The notes under the pieces were generated by a model. It ran no database searches. It saw only the letters and a list, made by a program, of their open reading frames with translations, and was not told the DNA's origin. From a candidate division WOR-3 bacterium (GTDB taxonomy: Bacteria > Hydrothermota > UBA3072 > B12-G15), in assembly GCA_965649055.1 (NCBI GenBank), contig CBFGJG010000003.1, forward strand, positions 22,998-86,997: a stretch of DNA of 64,000 nt, read 5' to 3'. Shown one piece after another: positions 17,166 to 26,539 of this stretch. The position numbers and the translations under genes are program-made. The stretch's first letter is position 1, and every line of letters starts with the position of its first letter.

Positions 17166-18256
17166 TAAGAAATGGTTTAATCCTAGGTATTTTAGGTTTT
17201 GTTGTAGTTTTTGGTGTTTTATTTGTTACTGATAAATTTACAAAATCAGATTCACAGAATATTGTCGAAATGATCGCGAACGATTATATTGCTCGTGCAA
17301 AATTACTTTCACTAATAATCAGAGAATCGATCGAGATGGAAGACGAGATAAGTTCAACTGCTATCTTGAATTTGGTTAAGTCAAATTTCAGTGATGTTTT
17401 AAACCTGACTATTATAGGAAAAGATGGAACAGTACTTGCTGATCTTGACTCCACAAAACTTCTAAGCAAATTTAAAGGGACGATGGTAGGGAGTAAGGAA
17501 TTTCTAAAATTATCAGAAAATAGTAGATATTATCTTGGTGTTCCTATTAAATCCGGGAATAACAAAATAGGTGAGATACATATCACCCTTGACTCCAAAA
17601 AATATTCTGCACAAAAACCTTTATTTGACATTAATAAACTGATATACTCAGGAGCAGCTTTATTAATTTTCTTTATAGTTGGTCTTTTTATTGGAAAGGG
17701 AGGAAAGAAAACAGAGATAGTAGAATCACCTGATACATCAGGATTACAGAGGGATGTTGAGACATTAAAAGAGGTTATCTCCAATCTTAAGAAAGAAGAA
17801 GAAGATACTATAAAAATGATAGAAGATAAAAAGAATGAGATTGAGAGGATTGAAAAGGAGATAAAAAATAAGAAAAAAGAACTTGAGGCAATAAATAGTG
17901 AGTTCGGGAACATTGCAGAGAAAAGGAAAGAACTCGAAAATCTAAAGACGGAGTTTGCTTCAATTGAAGTGAAGCTTTCTGATAAAAAGGCTGAACTTGA
18001 AGAGCTGGATAGAAAATTAAAAGAGAGAAAAGAAATGGTTCCTGCTGAAAATGAAGAAGAAGCTTTGATAGGTGGACTTATTGATAACGATATTGATTCA
18101 AGGATAGAAGAAAAGAAGAAACAAGAAGTTGAATTGACACAGAGGATAGTTGCAAAAAGAAGGGAAGAAATCACTATATCAGCAAGGATTGAGGCTAAAA
18201 AGAAAGAATTAATAGAACTTGAGAAAAAAATAGATACTTTAAAAAAACAGGCATAA
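17162..18256 (+). CDS. Membrane-anchored coiled-coil protein
   Basis: Two transmembrane segments (LILGILGFVVVFGVLFV and AALLIFFIVGLFIG) flank a ~150-aa domain. A long Lys/Glu-rich heptad-like region follows (KKNEIERIEKEIKNKKKELEAINSE...). Translationally coupled to wzc. Confidence 0.5.
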   Translation: MIRNGLILGILGFVVVFGVLFVTDKFTKSDSQNIVEMIANDYIARAKLLSLIIRESIEMEDEISSTAILNLVKSNFSDVLNLTIIGKDGTVLADLDSTKLLSKFKGTMVGSKEFLKLSENSRYYLGVPIKSGNNKIGEIHITLDSKKYSAQKPLFDINKLIYSGAALLIFFIVGLFIGKGGKKTEIVESPDTSGLQRDVETLKEVISNLKKEEEDTIKMIEDKKNEIERIEKEIKNKKKELEAINSEFGNIAEKRKELENLKTEFASIEVKLSDKKAELEELDRKLKERKEMVPAENEEEALIGGLIDNDIDSRIEEKKKQEVELTQRIVAKRREEITISARIEAKKKELIELEKKIDTLKKQA

Positions 18257-18261
18257 AAATA

Positions 18262-18289
18262 TTGACAATTTTTCTTATTAAAATATTAT
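18262..18289 (+). promoter_or_regulatory. Sigma-70 promoter TTGACA-16-TATTAT driving tRNA-Leu
   Basis: TTGACA at 18262-18267 and TATTAT at 18284-18289. The tRNA 5' end (18298) lies ~8 nt downstream of the -10. Confidence 0.6.
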
Positions 18290-18297
18290 ATAAGAAG

Positions 18298-18378
18298 GCC
18301 GGGGTGGCGGAATTGGCAGACGCGCACGTTTGAGGGGCGTGTGGGATTCCCGTGGGGGTTCAAATCCCCCCTCCGGCA
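18298..18378 (+). tRNA. tRNA-Leu (anticodon GAG)
   Basis: Hand-folded cloverleaf. Acceptor stem GCCGGGG/CTCCGGC (one G-U pair) and U8. Anticodon stem CACGU/GCGUG with loop UUGAGGG (U33, GAG, G37). Long variable arm GGG-AUU-CCC, type II as in Leu. T-arm GGGGG-UUCAAAU-CCCCC, discriminator A, no encoded CCA. Confidence 0.85.
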
Positions 18379-19376
18379 TTTTTCAAGAATTCAGTTGCTT
18401 TCTCAGGTGGCATAGGGTTTATATAGAATCCTGTTCCCCATTCGAATCCTGCAACCTTAGTTAATTTAGGAATTATTTCAATATGCCAGTGATAATCATA
18501 TTCTAATGTAGGCCATTTGCCTGACATATGTATCGGGGCAGTATGGATTATATAATTATATGATGGGTCATTTAAAACTTTATAATAATTCAGGAAGACA
18601 AAGGAAAAGATACTCACAAGAGAATTTATTTCCTCATCCCTTATATCTTCGAAGAATGCAACATGCCTTTTTGGTAAAATCCATAACTCAAACGGAAATC
18701 TTGATGCGAATGGTGCAAAACATATGAAATGTTCATTTTCCATCACAATCCTTGTTTTTTCTTCAAGCTCTTTTTTTATCATTTCACAGAAGATACAGCT
18801 TCTGTTCTCGAGATAAAAATTCCTACTGCTATATAGCTCTTCCGAGACCCTTTTTGGAACAATAGGTGTTGCAATTAACTGGGAGTGAGAATGTGAAAGT
18901 GATGCACCTGCTTCAAAACCATAATTTTTAAAGATTAATATATACCTTAATCTTGAATCATTCTTTAAATCATTATACCTTACTTTATATGTCTCTATAA
19001 TTAGTTTAATCTCATCATTATCCATATTATGAAGAAATTTCGTATGCAAAGGCGTCTCTATGATTACTTCGTGCCTTCCTATGCCTGTTATACTTCTGTA
19101 TATTCCGTCTTTTTGCGATTTGATTTCACCATCTGAAGATAATGCAGGGAATTTATTTGGAACGACCCTTATTTTCCAGTTGGGTGTATCTTTCCCTGAG
19201 CCATTCCTTATTGCATAAACTTCAGGTGGTGTCTTATTCTCATTACCTTCGCAGAAAGGACAAAAACCTTCAACCTTGTATTGTTTTTCAACAACAAAAT
19301 CATCAGGCCTTTTAGCCCTTTCAGTTGCAATAATAACCCATCTACCACTTATAGGGTCTTTTCTTAAATCAGGCAT
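18360..19376 (-). CDS. galT: Galactose-1-phosphate uridylyltransferase (GalT family)
   Basis: Zn-binding CPFCEGNE near the N-terminus and the active-site H-x-H-x-Q motif (SHSHSQ). 338 aa. The last 6 codons plus the stop overlap the 3' end of tRNA-Leu on the opposite strand. Confidence 0.75.
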   Translation of the reverse strand: MPDLRKDPISGRWVIIATERAKRPDDFVVEKQYKVEGFCPFCEGNENKTPPEVYAIRNGSGKDTPNWKIRVVPNKFPALSSDGEIKSQKDGIYRSITGIGRHEVIIETPLHTKFLHNMDNDEIKLIIETYKVRYNDLKNDSRLRYILIFKNYGFEAGASLSHSHSQLIATPIVPKRVSEELYSSRNFYLENRSCIFCEMIKKELEEKTRIVMENEHFICFAPFASRFPFELWILPKRHVAFFEDIRDEEINSLVSIFSFVFLNYYKVLNDPSYNYIIHTAPIHMSGKWPTLEYDYHWHIEIIPKLTKVAGFEWGTGFYINPMPPEKATEFLKNAGGGI

Positions 19377-20544
19377 TTTTAAACCATCCTTTCGCTACAA
19401 CAATTCTATTTTTCTCTGTTATGTCAAGACCGTATTTCTTCCAATCTGAACATATATCTTTTTCATTTATATAATTGTCTTTGTCTACAATAGTATTTAT
19501 TAATCTCACTCCTTCACCAATTACACATCTCTCGAATATAATACTATTCTCAACATAGGCATTTTTTTCAATTTTAACAAGGGGTGAGATTATACTGTTT
19601 ATCACTTTTGCACCGTTAATTTCAGCGCCATTCGAGATATAAGAATTTACAACCTCACTACCTTTTAATATCTGTGCTGGTGGAAGAGGAGGAAAGTATG
19701 TCCTTATAGGGAACTCAGGGTCTTTAAGATTAATGGGTTTTGTGCCTTCATTAAGAAAATCATTGTTTGTTTCAAAGTAAGAGTCAAGTGTTCCTATATC
19801 TTTCCAGTAACCATCAAAGACATATGCATAGACTTTATAACCTTCGTTAATCATCTTTGGTATAACATCTTTACCAAAGTCGTGCGTGCTGTAACTATTC
19901 CTTGCGTCTTCTATAAGAATCTTCACAAGGGTCTCTGTCTTTGCTATATAAATACCTGCATTAACAAGAGAGAACTTTTCGTCTTTCTTATATGGAGGTG
20001 GATTTGATGGCTTTTCTATAAAACCGAGCACCCTGTTTTCCCTGTTAATATCAACGGTTCCGAATCTTGATGATTCAACCCTTGGATAAAGTAATGCTAC
20101 AAGTGTAAAATCAGCATCCTTTTTCATATGTTGTTCTAACAACGGCTGGTAATTCATCTTGTATATATGGTCTCCAGAAAGTATAAGTAGGTGCTCAGGT
20201 CTTTCCATCTGCAATGTGTATATATTTTGATAAACCGCATCTGCAGTCCCTTCATACCATCTTTCTCCATATCTTTGTTGTGCAGGTAATGGATAGAGGT
20301 ATCCATCAACATCGTATTTAAATAAATCCCATCCTTGTCTTATATGTCTGTCAAGTGAAAGAGAAAGATACTGGGTTAATAATACAATCTTTCTTAACCC
20401 AGAATTCACAGTGTTTGATAAAACAAAATCAATAATCCTATAGACACCCATAAAAGGAACTGCAGGTTTCGCCCTATTTTTAGTCAGAGGATAAAGCCGA
20501 ACACCTTTACCACCTGCAAGGATAAATGTGAGAATGTTTTTCAT
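19369..20544 (-). CDS. glgC: Glucose-1-phosphate adenylyltransferase (ADP-glucose pyrophosphorylase)
   Basis: N-terminal ILAGGKGVRLYPLTKNRAKPAVPFMGVYRIIDFVLSNTVNSG is the classic GlgC signature, and the C-terminal left-handed beta-helix region is present. 391 aa. Confidence 0.85.
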   Translation of the reverse strand: MKNILTFILAGGKGVRLYPLTKNRAKPAVPFMGVYRIIDFVLSNTVNSGLRKIVLLTQYLSLSLDRHIRQGWDLFKYDVDGYLYPLPAQQRYGERWYEGTADAVYQNIYTLQMERPEHLLILSGDHIYKMNYQPLLEQHMKKDADFTLVALLYPRVESSRFGTVDINRENRVLGFIEKPSNPPPYKKDEKFSLVNAGIYIAKTETLVKILIEDARNSYSTHDFGKDVIPKMINEGYKVYAYVFDGYWKDIGTLDSYFETNNDFLNEGTKPINLKDPEFPIRTYFPPLPPAQILKGSEVVNSYISNGAEINGAKVINSIISPLVKIEKNAYVENSIIFERCVIGEGVRLINTIVDKDNYINEKDICSDWKKYGLDITEKNRIVVAKGWFKNA

Positions 20545-20894
20545 CCTATAAGCTCTTTAACCTTGTTTATCAAGGTATCAATAGAAGACGATTTAATAAG
20601 ATAGGCATCGGCACCCCATGTAAGAAAATTATCCCTGTAAGTTCCGTAAGCTGAATTTATTATTATCTTTGTTTCTTTCTTAGCATTCAGAATTCTTCCC
20701 AGTGCTTCAATCCCGTCCATCTGTGGCATCCTTATATCAAGTATAACGAGTTCAAAATTACCTTTTTCAAATTTCTCCACACCTTCTATACCGTTTCTCG
20801 CACATTCCACAAAATATCCTTCGCCTTCAAGGACATCTTTATAAAGGTTCAATATATCCTCATCATCCTCAACCAGAAGAATTTTTTTGGGCAT
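20541..20894 (-). CDS. Single-domain response regulator (CheY-like receiver)
   Basis: KKILLVEDDEDIL, the phospho-acceptor Asp in LVILDIRMPQMDG and a conserved Lys region. 117 aa with a 26-nt overlap to the upstream kinase gene. Confidence 0.8.
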   Translation of the reverse strand: MPKKILLVEDDEDILNLYKDVLEGEGYFVECARNGIEGVEKFEKGNFELVILDIRMPQMDGIEALGRILNAKKETKIIINSAYGTYRDNFLTWGADAYLIKSSSIDTLINKVKELIG

Positions 20895-22206
20895 TTTCCT
20901 CCCTTTTTACGGGTATTTTCATCCTTATTCTTGTTCCAAAACCTTCCTTACTTTCAACTTCTATTTTACCATTATGTAATATAATAATTTTTTTGGTTAT
21001 CGCAAGACCTAATCCCAACCCATCCATTTTTAATGTATGAAAAGGAATAAAAAGATTTTTCATTATTTCATCCGGGATTCCAGAGCCATTATCTTTTATT
21101 TCGATTACTGCATTGTTGTTCTCTTTATATAATAAAATAAAAATCTCTCCATCTTTCTCAATAGCATCTATACTATTTCTTATAACATTTAAAATAGCGT
21201 GCTCAAGTAAAGAACTGTCTGCTACTATGTTAAAATCATCCCTATAATCTTTTATAAGTCGGATATTCTTCCTTGATATATCAGTTTCTACAAAGGATAT
21301 TACATTATCAAGAAATTTACATATGTTAAATTCTTTTAGATCCGGGACAGGGCTTCTTATGTAGTCTGAAAGATTCTGTATAATTAATTCAAGCCTCTTG
21401 GCGGTCTTTGAGATAATCTGGATATAATTTTTCACATCTTGTGGTATATCAGCCCTTTTTGATAATTTTTCAGAATAACCACCTATTATTGCAACGGGTG
21501 TCCTGAGTTCGTGTGCAAAAGTTGATGCTATTTCACCAATAGTGGCAAATTTTTCAAGCCTTATCAGATTCATCTGAGAATTTTTTAATTCAGTATATGC
21601 AGCTTCAAGTTCCATTTGTTTTTTTTTAACATTCTCGAATAACATTGATCTTTCTATTACATTCGATGCTATTGCAGCATAAAGTTCAAGTGTTTTCATA
21701 TCTTTCTCTGTGATTGGGTTGTTTGTGTATCTGTTATCAGCAATTATCAGTCCGAAGAATTCACTTTCACTCCTTAACGGAACGACTACACAGGGAGAAA
21801 ATTTGAAATATTTTTTAAATGACGCTGATAAGGTAGATACATCTTCTATTTTTACAGGTCCGTTGCTTAACAACTGTTCAGGGACTTCTGAAAGGAGCAC
21901 CTCGTCATTTGCTTCAAGCTTTGCAGCTGCCTTTCTTAATGGACATGTATCGAGCAGTTCTTCAAGACCTGTAGGTGAACGGGACATCTCTTCCCATATT
22001 TTTAATGCCTCCTCTTTTGTCTCAGGACCTATCCTTAGTCTTGGTATTAGTTTATCAACTTTTTTTTCCATTAAAACAGCATAATTGAAGGCAAGCCCTT
22101 CGCCAGCGGTTAATGCAGTGAGAATTCTACATAAAGAATCATCTATATCCAGTGATGTATGTAATTCTCTTGATATCCTCCAGAGTTTTTCAAATTCTAT
22201 ATCCAT
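20869..22206 (-). CDS. GAF-domain sensor histidine kinase
   Basis: H-box FAHELRTP, N/G1 and G2 boxes (IKDNGSGIPDE and GLGLGLAITKKII), with an N-terminal GAF-like region. 445 aa. Confidence 0.8.
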   Translation of the reverse strand: MDIEFEKLWRISRELHTSLDIDDSLCRILTALTAGEGLAFNYAVLMEKKVDKLIPRLRIGPETKEEALKIWEEMSRSPTGLEELLDTCPLRKAAAKLEANDEVLLSEVPEQLLSNGPVKIEDVSTLSASFKKYFKFSPCVVVPLRSESEFFGLIIADNRYTNNPITEKDMKTLELYAAIASNVIERSMLFENVKKKQMELEAAYTELKNSQMNLIRLEKFATIGEIASTFAHELRTPVAIIGGYSEKLSKRADIPQDVKNYIQIISKTAKRLELIIQNLSDYIRSPVPDLKEFNICKFLDNVISFVETDISRKNIRLIKDYRDDFNIVADSSLLEHAILNVIRNSIDAIEKDGEIFILLYKENNNAVIEIKDNGSGIPDEIMKNLFIPFHTLKMDGLGLGLAITKKIIILHNGKIEVESKEGFGTRIRMKIPVKREENAQKNSSG

Positions 22207-22212
22207 AATTTA

Positions 22213-22240
22213 ATTATATTTTCTATATTTTTTATGTCAA
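22213..22240 (-). promoter_or_regulatory. Sigma-70 promoter (TTGACA-16-TATAAT) placed 6 nt before the histidine-kinase ATG; leaderless transcript predicted
   Basis: On the minus strand the sequence reads cTTGACAtaaaaaatatagaaaaTATAATtaaattATG. The -35 overlaps the truD stop codon. Confidence 0.55.
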
Positions 22241-23388
22241 GTTTGATTTGTTAGTTTTTTTATAAGTATTGTAGCGTAAGAACCTGAAGGTAGTATAAAA
22301 TTAAGCAATGCCTTCTTTTTCCCTTTATAAATTTCATCGTTTTTGAAAGATATGGTAAATTCTTCAGGAAAAATGATAAATTTCCTTTGAAATGTTTTGA
22401 ATCTTACACCTCTTAATCTCAATTTGTTTAAAGAGAACATTTTTATCTCTATCCCTTCTTTCTCCAAAATCTTATTTATTTTCTCTCCTATATAACCAGT
22501 TAATTCTGTTTTATCGTTTATAACAGGGACATAAAAATCCTTTAATGTTTCTACATTCTTAAGCCTTTTATAAAAAAGAAAATTTCCTAATATATATGGA
22601 ATCTCGTAAATCCCTTCCCCATAATCAGATATAATTTCGTTTATAGTCTCATTGAATATAAAAGACTGATAGGATAAAAGGTAAAGATTCAGTAATTCTC
22701 TATCAATAAGTTTAACAGCATTTTTAAAATCATTTGGATTTTCTTTTAGATATTCAAAGATTTTCTTATACTTTTGAGGTGCTTTATGAAATATCTCTTC
22801 CCATTTTCCCCAGTTATCAATACAAAAATCCTTAAAGGTTTTTATCTCTTTCGGGTCTTCTTTATATTTGTAAAATAAAGATTTTATTGCCCCGTTATAA
22901 TGTCCTAACATAAGATATTTTGCGAAGAATCCTTTCCTATGTCTTACGGAACCAAATCTTTGTTCATCAAAAAAATTAGGAAGACCGAAGGATTTTACAT
23001 CCTCATAGTTTTGCTCTATTATTGAACAATCTTTATCTTTAAGTTCCCTTATTGTTATATAAAATCTATTTCCTGCAGTAGAATTCAAATTAACAGGTTT
23101 TTTTGACCTTCCAATAACTTCAATTGTAAAATTTTTTTCTTTTATATTTTTATAAATATTCCCTTTATAAGACAAAAACTGGATTGAAAGAGAATATCTA
23201 TCCTTAAGCCCGGCTCTTGAAAAGAGTTCCTTCTTCAGATGATATTTCTTTGTTATAAAATCTATAACATCAATTGTATTCCAGAATCTCTTTGTGAGTT
23301 TTAATATTGTAAACTCACCATTATCATTAAACTGAATATCAGGAACCTCTTCAACTATAAAATCTTCTGGTTTTACCTTTATCTTCAC
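22237..23388 (-). CDS. truD: tRNA pseudouridine(13) synthase TruD
   Basis: N-terminal KVKPEDFIVEEV, the catalytic-Asp motif AGLKDRYS and the TruD signature PNFFDEQRFG. 383 aa. Confidence 0.7.
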   Translation of the reverse strand: MKIKVKPEDFIVEEVPDIQFNDNGEFTILKLTKRFWNTIDVIDFITKKYHLKKELFSRAGLKDRYSLSIQFLSYKGNIYKNIKEKNFTIEVIGRSKKPVNLNSTAGNRFYITIRELKDKDCSIIEQNYEDVKSFGLPNFFDEQRFGSVRHRKGFFAKYLMLGHYNGAIKSLFYKYKEDPKEIKTFKDFCIDNWGKWEEIFHKAPQKYKKIFEYLKENPNDFKNAVKLIDRELLNLYLLSYQSFIFNETINEIISDYGEGIYEIPYILGNFLFYKRLKNVETLKDFYVPVINDKTELTGYIGEKINKILEKEGIEIKMFSLNKLRLRGVRFKTFQRKFIIFPEEFTISFKNDEIYKGKKKALLNFILPSGSYATILIKKLTNQT

Positions 23389-23393
23389 TTATT

Positions 23394-23699
23394 TTATTTT
23401 TTCTTTGATTTTGGCTTATATTTTTCTTTAAATATATGATGTTTCAGATAAGGTTTATCATCATCTGATTCAATTATTACATATGTTTTTAAAATGTAAG
23501 GTGGTTTTTGAACTTCAATCCATCTGTTATCTTTAAAAATAAAGTAAACTTTTGTCTCAGGATTGTAGTAAATTTCATATTCAGGATAATACCAGAAAAT
23601 ATACCTGTGTTTATTACCGTATGCATGACCATAAGGTGGCATTTTTATAACAACACAGGATAAGGTTAATAAAAATAAAAATGTATATACACTCTTCAT
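23394..23699 (-). CDS. Small lipoprotein, unknown function
   Basis: Signal peptide with lipobox (FLFLLTLSC). 101 aa with a Tyr/Pro-rich mature region and a Lys-rich tail. Confidence 0.4.
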   Translation of the reverse strand: MKSVYTFLFLLTLSCVVIKMPPYGHAYGNKHRYIFWYYPEYEIYYNPETKVYFIFKDNRWIEVQKPPYILKTYVIIESDDDKPYLKHHIFKEKYKPKSKKK

Positions 23700-23788
23700 A
23701 ATATTAATTTATAAAAAAAAATTAATGTGTCAAATAAATTTTCACTTTATCCTTGACATAAATTTTTATTCTTATAAATTTTACTAAA

Positions 23789-24283
23789 ATGGAAAAAGAA
23801 AAAAATAAACCTCTTTTTATTGCAGATGGTGTTAAGATATTTGGAGATGTCCGTTTTGGAAAAAATGTGAATATATGGTATAATGCAGTATTAAGAGGTG
23901 ATATAACATACATAGATATTGGTGATTATACAAATATTCAGGATAATTGTGTTATTCACGTTGATTATGATATGCCAGCAATAATAGGGTCTTATGTTAC
24001 TGTTGGTCATAGTGCAATCATTCATGGTGCAAAGATTTCATCAAATACGCTCATTGGTATGGGTTCAATAATCTTAAGCGGTGCAGAAATAGGTGAAGGT
24101 TCAATTATTGCAGCTGGTGCAGTGGTGAAAGAAAAGGAGAAGATACCACCTTTCTCACTTGTTGCAGGTGTTCCGGGAAAGATTATAAAGACACTTCCTG
24201 ATGATGTTATTGAAAAGATCAGGAAATCTGCAGAAGAATATGTTAAACTTGCAATTACACATCTAAATAATGACAAAAAATAA
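23789..24283 (+). CDS. Gamma-class carbonic anhydrase family / hexapeptide-repeat protein
   Basis: Left-handed beta-helix hexapeptide repeats plus the His motifs (CVIHVD...GHSAIIHGAKI) typical of gamma-CA/YrdA/PaaY proteins. A TTGACA-16-TAAATT element ends 8 nt before the ATG. Confidence 0.8.
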   Translation: MEKEKNKPLFIADGVKIFGDVRFGKNVNIWYNAVLRGDITYIDIGDYTNIQDNCVIHVDYDMPAIIGSYVTVGHSAIIHGAKISSNTLIGMGSIILSGAEIGEGSIIAAGAVVKEKEKIPPFSLVAGVPGKIIKTLPDDVIEKIRKSAEEYVKLAITHLNNDKK

Positions 24284-24294
24284 AAGGAGGTTAG

Positions 24295-25440
24295 GTGAAA
24301 ATACATGAATATCAGGCAAGAGAATTTTTTGTTAAGTATGGAATTCCTGTTCCTGAAGCTGGTGTAGCAAGTTCCAAAGAAGAGGTGTTCAATATTGCAA
24401 AGAAAATAGGTTCAAAGGTTGTTATAAAGGCACAGGTTCATGTTGGCGGAAGAGGTAAGGCTGGTGGTGTAAAACTTGCGTCCACACCTGAAGAGGCAAA
24501 AGAGGTTGGAGAAAAAATTCTCAATATGGAGATAAAAGGCTTGAAAGTTAAAAAGGTCTTTGTAATGAAGGCAGTTGAAATAAAGAGTGAATCGTATATT
24601 GGAGTAATAGTTGATAGAAGGACAAAGAGGCCAGTTATAATGGTAAGTCCTGCCGGTGGAATTGATATTGAAGAGGTTGCAAAAGAAACACCTGAAAAAA
24701 TATTCAAGGTTACTGTTGACCCTTTATATGGACTTCTTTCCCATCAGGCAAGGGAACTTGCTTCAAAACTATACGATGATTTCAATCTTGTTAATAAAGC
24801 TGCTGATATAATAATGAAATTATATAAGTTATTTATAGAGACAGATGCATCTATAGCAGAGATAAATCCGTTTGTTCTAACTAAATCAGGTGAGCTTCTT
24901 GCAATTGATTCAAAGATTAACTTCGATGACAATGCATTATTCAGACATCCTGAATACGAGGAACTGAAAGACCTTACAGAAGATGAAAAGATAGAAGAAG
25001 ATGCGAAGAAGGTTGGTCTGAGTTTCATAAAACTTAATGGTAGTATTGGATGTGTTGTTAATGGTGCAGGTCTTGCAATGGCAACCATGGATGTTATAAA
25101 ATATTTTGGTGGTGAACCCGCTAATTTCCTTGATGTTGGGGGTTCTTCAAATCCTGAAAAGGTTAAATATGCTATGGATATACTTCTAAAAGATAAGAAT
25201 GTGAAATCTATCTGGTTTAATATATTTGGTGGGATAACAAGATGCGACGATATTGCCAATGGACTTGTTGAGGCCTTAAAAGGTTTAAATTTGAATATTC
25301 CAATTGTTGTGAGGATAAAAGGGACAAATGAAGAACTGGCAAGGGATATAATTAAAGATTCCAATCTACCTATTATTTTTGCAGATTCAATGTCAGATGG
25401 TGCAAAAAAAGCGATAAAAGCAAGTGGAGGAAAGATATGA
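24295..25440 (+). CDS. sucC: Succinate--CoA ligase (ADP-forming) beta subunit
   Basis: GTG start 8 nt after AGGAGG. N-terminal [20 protein letters not shown] and an ATP-grasp region with the GGRGKAGGV loop. 381 aa. Confidence 0.9.
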   Translation: MKIHEYQAREFFVKYGIPVPEAGVASSKEEVFNIAKKIGSKVVIKAQVHVGGRGKAGGVKLASTPEEAKEVGEKILNMEIKGLKVKKVFVMKAVEIKSESYIGVIVDRRTKRPVIMVSPAGGIDIEEVAKETPEKIFKVTVDPLYGLLSHQARELASKLYDDFNLVNKAADIIMKLYKLFIETDASIAEINPFVLTKSGELLAIDSKINFDDNALFRHPEYEELKDLTEDEKIEEDAKKVGLSFIKLNGSIGCVVNGAGLAMATMDVIKYFGGEPANFLDVGGSSNPEKVKYAMDILLKDKNVKSIWFNIFGGITRCDDIANGLVEALKGLNLNIPIVVRIKGTNEELARDIIKDSNLPIIFADSMSDGAKKAIKASGGKI

Positions 25441-26312
25441 GTGTTCTTGTTGATGAAAGGACAAGGGTTGTTGTTCAGGGTATAACTGGAAGGGATGGTT
25501 CATTCCATGCAAAGAAGATGAAAGAGTATGGGACAAAGGTCGTTGCAGGTGTAACACCTGGAAAAGGTGGAACATTCGTAGATGGTATACCTGTTTTCAA
25601 TTCGGTTATTGAGGCAGTAGAGAATGAAGGTGCAAATACTTCCTGCATATTTGTCCCTTCAAGATTTGCATCTGATGCAATATTTGAAGCAGGTGATAGT
25701 GGGGTTTCTTTAATTGTTGCAATAACAGAAGGTGTTCCAGTGATTGATATGGTTAAGGCAGTAAGGTTCCTTGAAGAAAGAGGGGTAAGGCTTATTGGCC
25801 CTAATTGTCCAGGAATCATCTCACCTGGAAAATCAAAGGTCGGTATTCTACCGGAAAGATTTTGTAAACCTGGTAGAATAGGTGTTGTATCAAGGAGTGG
25901 AACATTGACATATGAGATTGTGAGCCATATTTCCGATGCAGGTTTAGGCCAATCCACAGCAGTTGGGATTGGCGGTGACCCTGTTATAGGAACAAAATTC
26001 ATCGATATGCTTGAACTTTTCAGGGACGACCCTGAAACAGATGCAGTGGTTATTATTGGTGAAATAGGTGGTTCAGATGAAGAAGATACTGCAAAATATA
26101 TAGTTGAGACAAAATTTGAAAAACCTGTTGTAGGTATAATTGCAGGTAAAACAGCACCACCCGGTAAGAGGATGGGGCATGCAGGTGCAATAATAACAGG
26201 TGGAACAGGAACCGCTATAGATAAGATAAAGGCATTCAAAGAGGCCGGTATTTTAGTCGCAGATATACCTGAAGATGTTGTAAAACTACTTAAAAATGCA
26301 CTTGCGGGGTAA
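25437..26312 (+). CDS. sucD: Succinate--CoA ligase alpha subunit
   Basis: [14 protein letters not shown] CoA-binding N-terminus and the phosphohistidine loop [12 protein letters not shown] overlap with sucC. Confidence 0.9.
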   Translation: MSVLVDERTRVVVQGITGRDGSFHAKKMKEYGTKVVAGVTPGKGGTFVDGIPVFNSVIEAVENEGANTSCIFVPSRFASDAIFEAGDSGVSLIVAITEGVPVIDMVKAVRFLEERGVRLIGPNCPGIISPGKSKVGILPERFCKPGRIGVVSRSGTLTYEIVSHISDAGLGQSTAVGIGGDPVIGTKFIDMLELFRDDPETDAVVIIGEIGGSDEEDTAKYIVETKFEKPVVGIIAGKTAPPGKRMGHAGAIITGGTGTAIDKIKAFKEAGILVADIPEDVVKLLKNALAG

Positions 26313-26314
26313 CT

Positions 26315-26539
26315 ATGAAGAAAAGTTTTAAGGTTGAAATAGATAAAAAATGGTGTAAGGGTTGTGAGATATGTGTTTTTTTCTGCCCTGTAAAAATTTT
26401 AAAGATAAGTGATGATAGAAAGGCAGAAGTTATAGATGAAGAAAAATGCACCGGTTGTCTTATGTGTGAATATCATTGTCCTGATTTCGCAATATTTGTA
26501 ACACCAAAAGAACCCGTTGAAACAAAGGAAATGAAATGA
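26315..26539 (+). CDS. korD: 2-oxoacid:ferredoxin oxidoreductase delta subunit (2x[4Fe-4S] ferredoxin)
   Basis: 74 aa with two C-x2-C-x2-C-x3-CP motifs (CKGCEICVFFCP and CTGCLMCEYHCP). Confidence 0.7.
   Translation: MKKSFKVEIDKKWCKGCEICVFFCPVKILKISDDRKAEVIDEEKCTGCLMCEYHCPDFAIFVTPKEPVETKEMK

Noticed and set aside
17530-18174. 214-aa Ser/Phe-rich ORF on the minus strand
   Set aside because: It lies entirely antisense to the coiled-coil gene, is low-complexity, and is a frame shadow of the Lys/Glu-rich codons. It has no RBS or promoter.
18257-18400. tRNA-Leu locus as a mobile-element integration site
   Set aside because: No integrase, direct repeat of the tRNA 3' end, or phage/ICE genes were found on either side within the window.
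24744-26239. Long antisense ORFs (206 aa and 254 aa) inside sucC and sucD
   Set aside because: The sense strand encodes unmistakable SucC and SucD. The antisense ORFs are Ser/Pro/Ile-rich shadows typical of GC-skewed codon usage.
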